Both the position numbers and the translations under genes were made by a program. The notes beneath the pieces are model-generated. The model worked only from the letters and a program-made list of their open reading frames with translations, was not told the DNA's origin and ran no database searches. DNA of 62,204 bases, the filler included, from Pirum gemmata (taxonomy: Eukaryota): assembly GCA_002812295.1 (NCBI GenBank). It is 21 parts of 21 records of this genome, joined end to end, with 100 filler letters (N's around TTAATTAATTAA, not from the genome) between each part and the next. Parts side by side here need not be neighbours in the genome. Positions count along the whole stretch, not along the records: positions 9,926 to 12,665 come from PDIN01004773.1; positions 12,766 to 15,312 come from PDIN01004774.1; positions 15,413 to 18,133 come from PDIN01004775.1; positions 18,234 to 20,942 come from PDIN01004776.1; positions 21,043 to 23,807 come from PDIN01004777.1; positions 23,908 to 26,617 come from PDIN01004778.1; 15 more parts are not named here. One strand, written 5' to 3'. This document shows, piece after piece, positions 12,168-24,359 of this stretch (its first letter is position 1; each line of letters starts with the position of its first letter).

Positions 12168-12197
12168 CTACTACTACTATTACTACTACTACTACTG

Positions 12198-12264
<67 letters not shown>

Positions 12265-12339
12265 CCCTCCTCCTAATTCGAACAACCTAACCCCAACCCC
12301 AACCCTAACCCTAACCCTTGTTAACCTGGGTAGTTTATA

Positions 12340-12576
12340 TTATATTGGTACACTACAATGCTTTTCTAAATACGATAATAGCTGTTGGGCATTAGCTATA
12401 TCATCCCAACCTCTCGCTTTTATACAACCCCTCTCACCAACCGTTTTCAAAAGTTTTTTATTTTCGATTATTTTTTTTACAACTTTAGATATGTTCGATA
12501 TATTCCCCGATAAATCTTCTTCAAAAATTTCGAGTTCTTTACTATTCAGGAGAAGGGTGGCACCCACGTCACCCCC
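12340..12576 (-). CDS. Last exon of a probable GT-B (GT4-like) glycosyltransferase
   Basis: AG acceptor, then GGDVGATLLL...ISKVVKKIIENKKLLKTVGERGCIKARGWD, resembling the GT4 C-terminal helix pattern. Ends in TAA. Confidence 0.45.
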   Translation of the reverse strand, partial: GGDVGATLLLNSKELEIFEEDLSGNISNISKVVKKIIENKKLLKTVGERGCIKARGWDDIANAQQLLSYLEKHCSVPI

Positions 12577-12765
12577 CTACACAGACAATAATGATAATAT
12601 CGATAGTAATAATAATAATGATTTTAAACGTATAATAATAAATAATAAATAATAAATAATAAATANNNNNNNNNNNNNNNNNNNNNNNNNNNNNNNNNNN
12701 NNNNNNNNNTTAATTAATTAANNNNNNNNNNNNNNNNNNNNNNNNNNNNNNNNNNNNNNNNNNNN

Positions 12766-12798
<33 letters not shown>

Positions 12799-13335
12799 CC
12801 AGTTTGGTTTATTTAATTCAATCCATTCATTAATTATGTTAACTAATTTGACCTGCATATCAGCTTTTGTATAACAATGATCAGCTTCTACAATAATAAA
12901 ATATAACAATACAATAACAACAACAAAAAAATCAAGATTACCAATTTAGTGTTAATAATATATAAGTTGTTGTTGTTCTTGTTCTTGTTCTTGTTCTTGT
13001 TCTTGTTCTTGTTCTTGTTGTTCTTATTCTCGTTCTTGTTCTTGTTGTACTTGTTGCTGTTGCTCTTGTTCTTGTTCTTGTTCTTGTTGTTATGTGTGTT
13101 ATTGTTGTTCTTGTTCTTGTTCTTGTTCTTGTTCTTGATATTGTTCTTGATATTATAATTATTAATATCAATATGATTACCAGCGTTATTGTTAAGGGTT
13201 AGGGTTAGGGTTAGGGTTAGGGTTAGGGTTAGGGTTAGGATAAAATATTGCTTAAATAATAATAAACATTGTTGCCAAATAAAAGAAACAACAACAACAA
13301 TAACAACATAAATAAATAAATAAATAAATAAATAA

Positions 13336-13370
<35 letters not shown>

Positions 13371-13383
13371 GTAGTGATTGTCG

Positions 13384-14335
13384 TTATCGCTGTTGCTGCT
13401 GTAGTTGTGGAAGAGGCATAGCTTTGTTATTGTATTTATCGACTTTATTAGTTAGAGGTGGCGGTGATGGTGATGGCATTAGCTCGATTGGTGACTGGCT
13501 TGAAAATAAACCCACTTGTGGGCGTTTTTCTTGTTGTTGTTGTTGTTTTTGTTGTTTTTGTTGTTGTAATTGTTGTTGTAATTGTTGTTGTAATTGTCCT
13601 TCTTCTTTTTCTTCTACTACTAAACCATCATCATCATTGCCACCATTATCATAACCATCAGCATCGTGATAACCAACATCTTGTTCTTGCAATTGTCCTT
13701 CTTCTTTTTCTTCTTCTACTAAACCATCATCATCATCATCATCATAAACATCATTATCATAACCATCACCATCGTTATAAACAACATCTTGTTCTTGTTC
13801 TTGTTCTTGTTCTTGTTCTTGTTCTTGTTCGTGTTCTTGTTCGTGTTCTTGTTCTTGTAGTTGTTGTTGTTGTACTTTTTCTTGGTTTTCTTGGTTTTCT
13901 TGCTCTAGTTCTTGTTCTTGTTCTTGTTCTTGTTCTTGTTCTTGTTCTTGTTCTTGTTCTTGTTCTTCTTGTGCAAGTGCTGATACTAGTTCTTCGTGGT
14001 CATCACAGTTGATCATGTTAGTAGGGAAGGTAGAATAATTACCATTTTCGCTATAATATCGCTGTTGATTTTTTTCGACTACAAAAAAGAAAAGGGAAAG
14101 AGGAAAGACAGAAGGGAAAGAAAAAACTTTAATCAAAAAAAAAATGCTATTGCTATCATTATTACACTATTACTATTACTATTACTATTACTATTACTAT
14201 TACTATTACTATTGCTATTGCTATTATTATTACGATTATTATTACTATTATTATTACTGTTATTATTACTGTTACTATTACTATTACTGTTACTATTACT
14301 ATTACTATTACTATTACTATTACTATTACTATTAC

Positions 14336-14374
<39 letters not shown>

Positions 14375-15136
14375 TATTATTGCTATTGCTATTACTATTA
14401 CCATTACAATTAATATTACTATTACTATTACTATTACAATTACTATTACTATTACTATTACTATTACTATTACTATTACTATTACTATTACTATTAATAT
14501 CACTATTATTATTACTGTTACTGTTGCCAATACCCCTATATTACCAACCATCCATTATCAATTATAACCACAAAAACAACATAAAAACATACGATTATCT
14601 TTTTCAATTTTTGATGATTTCAAGCAATTGGTCAGTATGGTCTTCGCAAGTGATAAATTCGATTCATGGTAACAATTCTAAAAAAAATGATAACATTATT
14701 AATAATAATACAAAAAAAAATTGCAACTTTATGTTTTTTAACTAATATTATTGAGAATTCTAATATGATATTTAGAATGAACGGAATAGTTAAAATATAA
14801 TAACTTACATTTATAACTATAATAACAATCATATATATATTATCATATATTATACTATATATTATATCATGTATGCGTTATAAAGTTTTTTTCAGAAAAA
14901 AAAATTTAAAAAAAAAAATTTTTTTTTAATAAAAGAATAATTTTTTTATTTACTGCACAAAAATCAATCAACTAACAACTTTAGTTAGTAAAAAAAAGTT
15001 AATTAGTAAAATGCACTAACCTCGACATCCAATACTTCATCAATGTAATTTATTGCATACATCAAATTAATTTCGAGATCCACGAAAAAAGTTTTGAGTG
15101 TACTGTGCTGTACTCTGATAAAGCAAGACATTCTTG
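13384..15136 (-). CDS. Multi-exon hypothetical protein with Q/E/D low-complexity exon. Candidate exons ~15021-15136, ~14593-14678, ~13384-14064
   Basis: Non-repetitive open stretches (CFIRVQHSTLKTFFVDLEINLMYAINYIDEVLDVE; NCYHESNLSLAKTILTNCLK) end at GT donors and are followed by a 250-aa EQ-repeat ORF. Confidence 0.45.
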
Positions 15137-15469
15137 AAATGATATATTATATATATAAACAAATAAATAAATAAAATAAAATAAGGGTTAGGGTTAGGGT
15201 TAGGGTTAGGGTTAGGGTTAGGGTTAGGGTTAGGGTTAGGGTTAGGTTAGGGTTAGGGTTAGGTTAGGGTTAGGCACTGTATTGTACTCTGATAAAGCAA
15301 GACATTCTTGAGNNNNNNNNNNNNNNNNNNNNNNNNNNNNNNNNNNNNNNNNNNNNTTAATTAATTAANNNNNNNNNNNNNNNNNNNNNNNNNNNNNNNN
15401 NNNNNNNNNNNNGTTAGGGTTAGGGTTAGGGTTAGGGTTAGAAATTTCATAATTAGGGTTAGGGTTAGG

Positions 15470-15591
15470 GCTTAGAAATTTCATAGAAAAAACTTGAAAC
15501 TCGAAAAAAAAAGAATATCATTTCAAAATTGTCGTTGTTTAATAAGTACGATCGAGCTGTTTGATTTCGATTATGTTTTCCCGTATCTCCC
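15470..15591 (-). mobile_element. Partial family D MITE abutting a TTAGGG tract
   Basis: Reverse complement of the left part of 44765-45028. Ends ...tttcccgtatctcc. Confidence 0.75.
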
Positions 15592-17324
15592 ATGAACTGT
15601 TTTTATAAATGGAGATCTTCATTGTGATAAATACAGAAGTTAATGCTATTTTTGATAATATTTTTATTTTTAGTGAAATTGTATTGTGCCGTCATCATAA
15701 AACATACACAAGCTTTTAGATTGCAATGTAAGCCATTAGAATGGCAATCTAGAAAAAGGGTATTTTTAAAAAAGTAACATCATTAATAAATGTTCCCTAA
15801 CTTATCCTATCCTACTTTTTCATAAACTTTGTCACTTTGTTACTTTCAAACTTATACAAGTGGTTATTTTAAATTAATAAAAAAATAAAAAAATTACCAT
15901 ATTAATTAAAATGTATCAAATAGATTCTACACAGTACCAATTTGATACAAAATAATTGAGCAGCACGATAAAAGTAAAAGTCTTAAAATTTTTTGTACAA
16001 AGAAATTTTAAATTTCCTCACCCTTATACTCATTATCATTATCATTATCATTATTATAGTCATAATCATAATCATAATCATAATCATAATCATTAAAAAT
16101 CATAATCATAATCATAATCATAATCATAATCATAATCATAATAACATATAATGATAATGATAATGATAATCATAACATATAATAATAATCATAATTAATG
16201 ATAATGGTAATGAAAATGGTAATGATAATGATGACAAAGAAATACTCCAATTTCTATTTTTCTGTAGGGTTCTTAGGGTTAGGGATTTAAAGAAATAATC
16301 CAATTTCTCTTTTTCTGTCGAGCTAGGGAAAACTAAAAGCTTACAAAAGGCTATTCTAGTTATAAAAAAACAGATATCTAGTTGGCTATCTACGTAGAGT
16401 AGAAGTAGAAAATCTTGTTCTAGATTTTTTTTTTAACTACCAAGCCGGAAAAAATGACGACATCCGCCATATGAGCTCAAAAATCCAAAAAATCTCAAAA
16501 TGATCCAATTTTAATGAACGTACTACCAAAATTTGAGAAATCATTAAACTAAGAAAACTCTATTATGAACCAATGGCAAGTTTTTAAAAATAATTTGGCT
16601 AGTTAGCATTAAAGGTTTTAGAAAAAAAGTCTTAAAAAAAAAAGATTTCTACAGTTTTATCCGGCTTGGCTGTTAAAGAAAAAAACAAATGTTTTATTCC
16701 AATTTACGAAACTTCAAATAGTTTTAATTCTAGAAATATTAATAGTAATAGTAATGGTAATAGTAATATTGATACTTAATACTTATAATAATAATTGTTA
16801 TTATTGCTATGACTCCTACTCGAGGTTGATTTGAAAAAAACGAAACTTCTTCAACAAATTCTAGTAATAGTAATAGTAATTGTAATAGTAATAGTAATAG
16901 TTATAATTCTAGTAATACCAATAGTAATAGTAATAGTAAGTAATAGTAATAGTGATAGTAATATTAATATTTAATACTTATCATGATTATTATTATTGCT
17001 ATGACTCTTAGATTTTCATCATGTTGCTATTACTTTTTTTCTAGGAGATGTGGGAAAAACCATCGAATCGAGAATAATATAAAATATACTTGGCTATAAC
17101 TGTAATAAACAAGTTAGTGGTTAGTATAAAGTATAAGTTCTATATTAAATTCTACCAAGACCATTACTTTCGGGTAGGTACAGTTAATTAGGAATTATCA
17201 CACAGACTAATTACAAATTGTTACCTACCAATTACAAATTGTTATCTACCAAATAAGGAAAATCGTTTCAATTTTTAGTTATTTTTTGAAACCAATAATA
17301 CTTTTTATCAGATTGTTTTATTAT

Positions 17325-18109
17325 CAATCTTCAATTTCATTTAAGGCCATCCAATCTTGATTGCGATCATCGTCAGGATCCATATGTTCATCTAGTAAAT
17401 TAATCATAATTACAATCAAATTAATCAAAAGTTTTCTAACAAATCGTTAGCTTGGGTTTTACGGTTACGGTTACGGTTATAGGTAGTTGCGGTTATGGTG
17501 GCTGGGGTTACTATCAAGGTAAGCGGGGAATTGAAGTTTTAAACCTAAACCTAAGCTTAAACCTCAACCTCAACCTCAACCTCAACCTCAACCTCAACCT
17601 CAACCTAAACCTCAACCTCAACCTCAACCTAAACCTAAACCTAAACCTAAACCTAAACCTAAACCTAAACCTAAACCTAAACCTAAACCTAAACCTAAAC
17701 CACCTAAACCTAAACCTAAACCTATACCTATACCTATACCTAAACCTAAACCCTAAATCTTAATCTTAACCTTAACCTTAACCTTAACCTTAACCTTAAC
17801 CTTAACCTTAACCTTAACCTTAACCTTAACCTTAACCTTAACCTAAACTAAAACTAAATCTAAAGTTAAAGCTAAATGGCCATGCAGAAGATAAATATCA
17901 CTATAGCTATTAACAATGGTTAGTGACGAGGAAGTGGTATTTTCATTATTATTAATATTTATATATATAGAACACACCTGTAGGTTTATTATTTTTATAG
18001 TTACAATAACATCTTAGCAATCCCAGGAAAACAAAAAAAAATAGCAATACTGTTAAACTCACCAAAGAATAATATAGAACAGTATACCAAGTTGACCAAT
18101 AAACCTTGA
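17325..18109 (-). CDS. Possible last two exons of an unknown membrane protein (~17979-18109 and ~17325-17391)
   Basis: GQGLLVNLVYCSILFFGEFNSIAIFFVFLGLLRCYCNYKNNKPT before a GT donor, and EHMDPDDDRNQDWMALNEIED* after an AG acceptor. Confidence 0.3.
17540..17850. repeat. Compound hexamer array AACCTC/AACCTA/AACCTT
   Basis: Consecutive blocks that differ by one base. Confidence 0.95.
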
Positions 18110-18740
18110 CCTTGAATACATTTATTATTATTANNNNNNNNNNNNNNNNNNNNNNNNNNNNNNNNNNNNNNNNNNNNTTAATTAATTAANNNNNNNNNNN
18201 NNNNNNNNNNNNNNNNNNNNNNNNNNNNNNNNNAATAATAATAATAATAATAATAAAAATCATGAAAAAGAAAAGTAAATAATAAGAAAAATAAGAAAAA
18301 TAAGAAAATAAGAAAAAATACAAAAAGAATAAAGAAGTAATAAGAAAAATAAAAAATATGAAAAAAATAAAAAAATATGAAAAATATGAAAACCAGGAAA
18401 AAATAAGAAAAAATAAGAAAAATAAGAAAAATAAAGAAACAAATACAATACAATAAAATACAATATAATACAAGACAAGAAAAGACTAAAGAAAATACAA
18501 GACGAAATGAAATGACTTGCTCTCTTAATAAGAATAAAAAGAATAAAAATCACAAAAAGAAAGGTAAAATAATAAGAAAATAAGAAAAATAGGAAAAATA
18601 AGAAAAAAATAAGAAAAATAAGAAAAATAAGCAAAATAAGAAAAATAAGAAAAATAACAATATAATACAATTCAATACAATTCAATACAATTCAATACAA
18701 TACAAGACTAAGAAAATACAAGACGAAATAAAATTACTTA

Positions 18741-20197
18741 CTCTCTGCAGCATGCCGAACGTAAGATTTTTTCTCGATATCAATACCTTTTTCTTTTTCA
18801 CATAATCGACAATACAATTTTTTATCAACAAACTTATTATGAAAACGACAAACTGGATGCAATAAAATACCACACCTTTTACAAGGCTCGGTTTTTTCGG
18901 GCACTAATTCGTTATTAATTCTTTCCTCGAATTGAGTTTTCGGGTAAGTTACGTTAGTAATACCTTCCAATACCATCAACTCTAACAAATCCTGTGAATA
19001 ACATTTTTCGCACACATCAATATGTTTGCCAATGGATACACAACCATCCGCACCACCCGCACCACCCGCACCATCCGCACCATCCGCACCATCCGCACCA
19101 TCCGCACCATCCGCACCACCCGCACCAATCCCTTCTTTTTTAAGTCTGTAAAACTTCTGTTCAACAGGTATGTTTCCAAACCCTACGCACATAAATGAAG
19201 AACAATACAATAATACAGGCGTGTAAGTACGCTCTATACCCTCACAACAATAACCCAACTCTAACATGGTATCACGAATTAAATCATCAAAAATAATAGA
19301 AACAGCAGTACATAATTTATAAACTCGACCTTTCTTCTTATTAAATTTCCAAGCATTATTAAATACTAACCTCACATCATAAACATATTCTAAATAATCG
19401 TTGTATTTTTCTGCTTCTAACTTAGACTTGACCGTGCCAAAATCCATAGGGTTTTTGATAACATCGAAATAATGAGGTACCCCTGATTTTATTGGATCGA
19501 CTGGTTCTAAAAACAAAAAAGAACTTTCGTTTTCCATCAATTGTTGATGTAATGGAGCTATTCGCTTCGTTACTTCACTGGCAGTATAGCGCGGCTTTTT
19601 TTCCTTTCTAGGAGATTTTGGTGAAAATGGTGTTTCCTTTTTGGGAGATTTTATGCCCAAATTTTCTTTACTTGATTCCTTTTTAGGAGTTTTGACGCCC
19701 AAATTTGTTTTTTCTTTATTAATTTCCTGTTTTAACTCACGCCCTATTTTTCCAGTTTTACTTTTTTTCGATTTCCCTATAGTTTTGTCTATTTTTTTAC
19801 TACTATTACTAGGTATTTTACTACTACGATCTTGTTCTATTATTTTTTTGGACCCGATTGTGAGATCTATTTTTTTACTGTTATGCTGGGAGGAAGGGGT
19901 AGGAGAGGTTAAAGGTGAAAACTCGGTATTGATCGTGGGTGGCGTTGGTATATGTTTTTGGTTTGTTGCTGTTGTTGCTGTTGTTGATGATAGTGGTGAT
20001 GGTGGTGTTCTTATTTCCAGTGTTTTTGATTGTGTATTAGAAATAGAAAAGGTTGTATTATTTGTTGTTGTACTTGTGGCTGTGGCTGTGGCTGTGGTTG
20101 CTGCTATGGTTGATGTGGTTGTTGTTGCTGTTGATGTTGATGTTGTTGATGTTGTTGATGTTACTGTTGATGTTGTTAATGTTGTTGCTGTTGTTGC

Positions 20198-20228
<31 letters not shown>

Positions 20229-20882
20229 GCTGTTGTTGTTGTTGTTGTTGTTGCTGTTACATTGGTTTTGGAATTGGTGGTAGTTTTAGATGATGCAGGG
20301 GTAGTTTTCTTTGTATCCTTTCCTGGTTTAGGTATAGGAGAACTACTTCTAGAATCGGATTTAGTCCCAGCCGATAGCCCAGGTGTAGGGGATTTCGAAA
20401 AACTATTATTGAGCTTGGGTGTGGGTGGATTTTTTGGTGTAGGTGGATTGAAGTTATTACTATTATTATTAGATAGAGATGTGGTGAAGCTTGGTGTGGG
20501 TGGGTTAAAACTATTGTTATTATTTGGGGTGGGAGGGTTAAAACCTACGGGTGTAGATGGATTAAAGCTAGGTGTAGACGGGTTCAAGGTCATGGGAGTG
20601 GCTGGATTAAAACTGGGGGTAGATGGATTAAAACTGGGGGTAGATGGGTTAAAACTGGGGGTAGATGGATTAAAACTGGGTGTAGATGGGTTGAAGTTGG
20701 TCTGATTGAAAGGGGAAGGTGGCACTGAAAAATTGTGGAACTGACTATGGGGTGTAGGTGTGAAAGGGTCCCCGCCACCTGCCCCCATTAGAGGAGTTCC
20801 GGGATTCGAGCCAGGCCCGTTAAAATTAAGACTCGAATCGATGGAATTGGTACGAGATATTTGATTCGAGAACTGGAACATG
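18741..20882 (-). CDS. CBP/p300-like histone acetyltransferase, large internal exon: heptad repeats, T-rich linker, bromodomain, RING and PHD. HAT domain not present on this contig
   Basis: Bromodomain FLEPVDP...VPHYFDVIKNPMDFGTVKSKL...DVRLVFNNAWKFN, followed by the CBP-typical LGYCC..TYTPVLLYC, CEKC, QFEERINNEL and CKRCGILLHPVC...YCRLC. Bounded by an AG acceptor and a GTAAG donor. Confidence 0.88.
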
Positions 20883-21439
20883 CTATTGAAAAAAAATGAA
20901 GAAATAAAAAAGGGTTAGGGTTAGGGTTAGGGTTAGGGTTAGNNNNNNNNNNNNNNNNNNNNNNNNNNNNNNNNNNNNNNNNNNNNTTAATTAATTAANN
21001 NNNNNNNNNNNNNNNNNNNNNNNNNNNNNNNNNNNNNNNNNNCAAAAATTAATTTTTTGAAAAAAAAAAAAAAAGGAGATTGATTCTACTACTATAAAAA
21101 TATAAACTTGAAATTTTCGAACCTTTATATTTTTTAATAAACTTGAAAAAATTAATTTCGAACAGGCCAAACAGACCAGAAATTCTGCTCGGCAGATATC
21201 GAGCTTTTCGGGGCAGAAGGCAGAAGCAGAAAGTCGAGTTTTAGGGGAATTCCGAGAAGCTACCCAGCGTAATACTGTAGTACTAGTTATTAGTACAGTA
21301 TTACTGTACACAAAATTGTGACACGGGGTTGGTCATTTTTTAGTTGTGCAACACTGCCTTTTAAGTTAGGGTTATTAATTAGGGTACTGCTAACTAAACA
21401 GTACAATAACGGTATAGTCTAGCTAATGTCTAACTAGAC

Positions 21440-23045
21440 TTTCAAGTGGTCCAAATGTGTATGGAAAAATAATAATAATAATTTTGTAATATTATTTTGT
21501 ATCACTTTGTATCGCAGTGTATTAATTTTATAAATGTATGATATTATTAAAAATGATGGTACAGACCAACCATATTCCACTAATTATTATAGAAAACAAA
21601 AAAATGTATTGGATTTTTTTGTTGTTTTTCTACCCAACTGTTTCTACCATCAAACAGCAACCAGACAATAAAAACAAAACTAAAAAAAAAACTTCATAAA
21701 GGTGCTTTTAAACATACTTTTTATTAATAATTTATTTATGTTTGGTTTTACAATATTTTAAAATATCATTAATGTTCAAATTATTGATACTTATTAGGTA
21801 ATCAACTCACAATATTAATTACAACATTTACTTTATTCATACTAAAACTACAACATTATCAAAATTACAATTTTTATTTAAAACACAAATTTTTACTTAC
21901 ACATTTCCCTTTACAAGAGAGCTTCTACAACAAAGAGCTTTTTTTTCACCATTTAAAATTTTTTAAGAGCGTTTTTTCTACTTTTCCATTTTCTTACTCT
22001 ATTTATACTATTCCATTAAGATAGACTTTACCACAATCACTCCGTTCACTCTTGATAGACTATTCACTCTTGGTAAACTATTCAACAATGTATAATAATA
22101 ATAAGTACAATTATTATTATTATTATAATCAATATACTTACAACATAAAATCAATATTAATTAATTAATCATTAATTCTATTATTCATTACTCTTACAAT
22201 CATTCAATCAATCTACATTCTCATCTATTCTTCATTCAATATACTACAACATAATTATTATTATTATTATAATCAATATACTTACAACATAAAATCAATA
22301 TTAAAATTAATCATTAATTCTATTATTCATTACTCTTCATTACTCTTACAATCATTCAATTAATCTATATTCTCAATCTATTCTTCATTCAATATACTAC
22401 AACACAATTAATCAATACTACTACAACTTTACTACAACCATATTAATACTACAACTCCAACTACCATCACTACATTTGATATTCTACAACACAAGCAAGC
22501 TATTAATACTACAACCACACTGTCAACATTCAATACCACAACACAAACTATTATTTCTACAATTGCAACCATACAATACTATTTAATACTACAACCAACA
22601 TTACATTCACTTACATTCAATTCATACATTCAATTCGTATAATACATTTAATTTATACATAATTACACTTTTTATTTATACCTTGACTTAATAATCAAAT
22701 ATCAAACTTTTTCAAGTAGTACAAATGTGTAAGGCAATTTACAGTGGCAATTTATTTAAAAATTTTAATAATAATAATTTGGTATCACTTTAAATTTGTA
22801 TTGCAGAGTATCGCAGTATAGAAATGTATTTTAAATATGACGGTACAGACCGGATAGAAAAAAAAAAAAATGTCTTGGCTTTTTTCGTTGTTTTTCTGTT
22901 ACAATAATATTAAAATCATAATTTGTATTTTTATATTATCGATATAGATAAAGCGCAAAACATTCCCCAACCACCACAAATAGAAAAGGTGCAATTGGTT
23001 GAGGAACCAAACAATAAAAACAAAACTAAAAAAAAAAACTTCAAA
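21440..23045. repeat. Diverged direct repeats (~21440-21700 and ~22712-23045) plus an internal tandem duplication at ~22108-22400
   Basis: Shared ttcaagt..tccaaatgtgta, gtatcgcagt, ggtacagacc and aaacaaaactaaaaaaaaaacttca blocks. Confidence 0.75.
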
Positions 23046-23907
23046 AATGTAATATAAAATGTACAAAAGTGACTCTAACCTTTCAATAAACAAATATAAT
23101 TAATAATGTAATTGAAATTACTATCACAACTAATACCTACCACTACTATTACTGTATTACAACATTCAATATATAATGTATATTAAAATAAAAGTCCAGA
23201 ATTCGCACATTTATCACTTTTTATCCCATAAAGTGTCTATCATAATACTACTAGTACTATTAATACTACTACTATTACTACTAATACTACTATTAATATC
23301 ACTTTTAAAAAACAAGGTTTTTTTTTTCCTCTTTCTCTTTCATCTCTATTGTAACAAAAATGAACTCAAAAATGGCTCTAAACGAACCAAATTACAAAAA
23401 TAGCGAAGGAGTTTTTCCTCAGTTCAGCTATAACAGCCACCAACTCACTAACCCTGCTCATTTGGCCGCAGTTCAGTCAAATATTATGGACGACCCCCAG
23501 AGAATTGAAGGTTGGTAGTATACATACAAAAATACAAAAAAATGCATCAAATAAAAAGAGCACCCAGAAAAACAAACAAAACCTAAATAAAAAAAACACA
23601 TATAAACAAAATCATTTTTGTGATACTATTTTTATTTTATTTAATTAAAAAATAGAAAATTTTTTTCTTTTATATAATTTTAATACTATTAACTGTAGGT
23701 CTTTTTTGCAGCCCTGAGAGCTGTTTAGAATTATTCTAAACAGCCCTGAGGGCTGTTTAGCAAAAAGTTGCAAAATATTTTTTTTAGACTTTTAAAATCT
23801 TTTAAATNNNNNNNNNNNNNNNNNNNNNNNNNNNNNNNNNNNNNNNNNNNNTTAATTAATTAANNNNNNNNNNNNNNNNNNNNNNNNNNNNNNNNNNNNN
23901 NNNNNNN

Positions 23908-24145
23908 AACCCTAACCCTAACCCTAACCTTAACCCTTAACCCTAACCCTAACCCTAGCTAGCGGTTCCCTAACCTAACCCTAACCCTAACCCATTACCT
24001 AACCCTAACCCTAACCCTAACAGCTAACCTAACCCTAACAGTTCCCTAACCCTAACCCTAACCCTAACCCTAACCCTAATAACCCTAACCCCAACCCCAA
24101 CCCTGACACTAACCCTAACCTTAACCCTAACTCTTAACCCTAACC
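23908..24145. repeat. Telomere-type (CCCTAA)n tract. Others at ~2290, 13194, 15184, 20910, 33530, 37471, 46697, 47390, 51167, 56410 and 61475
   Basis: Perfect and degenerate TTAGGG/CCCTAA runs, several of them inside introns. Confidence 0.95.
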
Positions 24146-24359
24146 CTGGTATCCCTGACTCTAACACACAACCTTTCAAATACTTTACTACTACTGCCGC
24201 CACCACCACCATCACCACCCTTTATTATTAATAAAAAAATACACACACGCTTAATCAATGCATTATTTTATTTTTTTTTACTTTTTTTCTACACTGAAGT
24301 TTACAAAACATTTTATAACAAATTATTCACTTCATTTAGTTATATTCTAAAATACTCCC

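Noticed and set aside
11650..14745. Long poly-L/Y/V/I/T ORFs (11650-12276, 12949-13158, 13996-14745, 14162-14551) and similar ORFs elsewhere
   Set aside because: They are translations of tri- and hexanucleotide microsatellites that simply lack stop codons.
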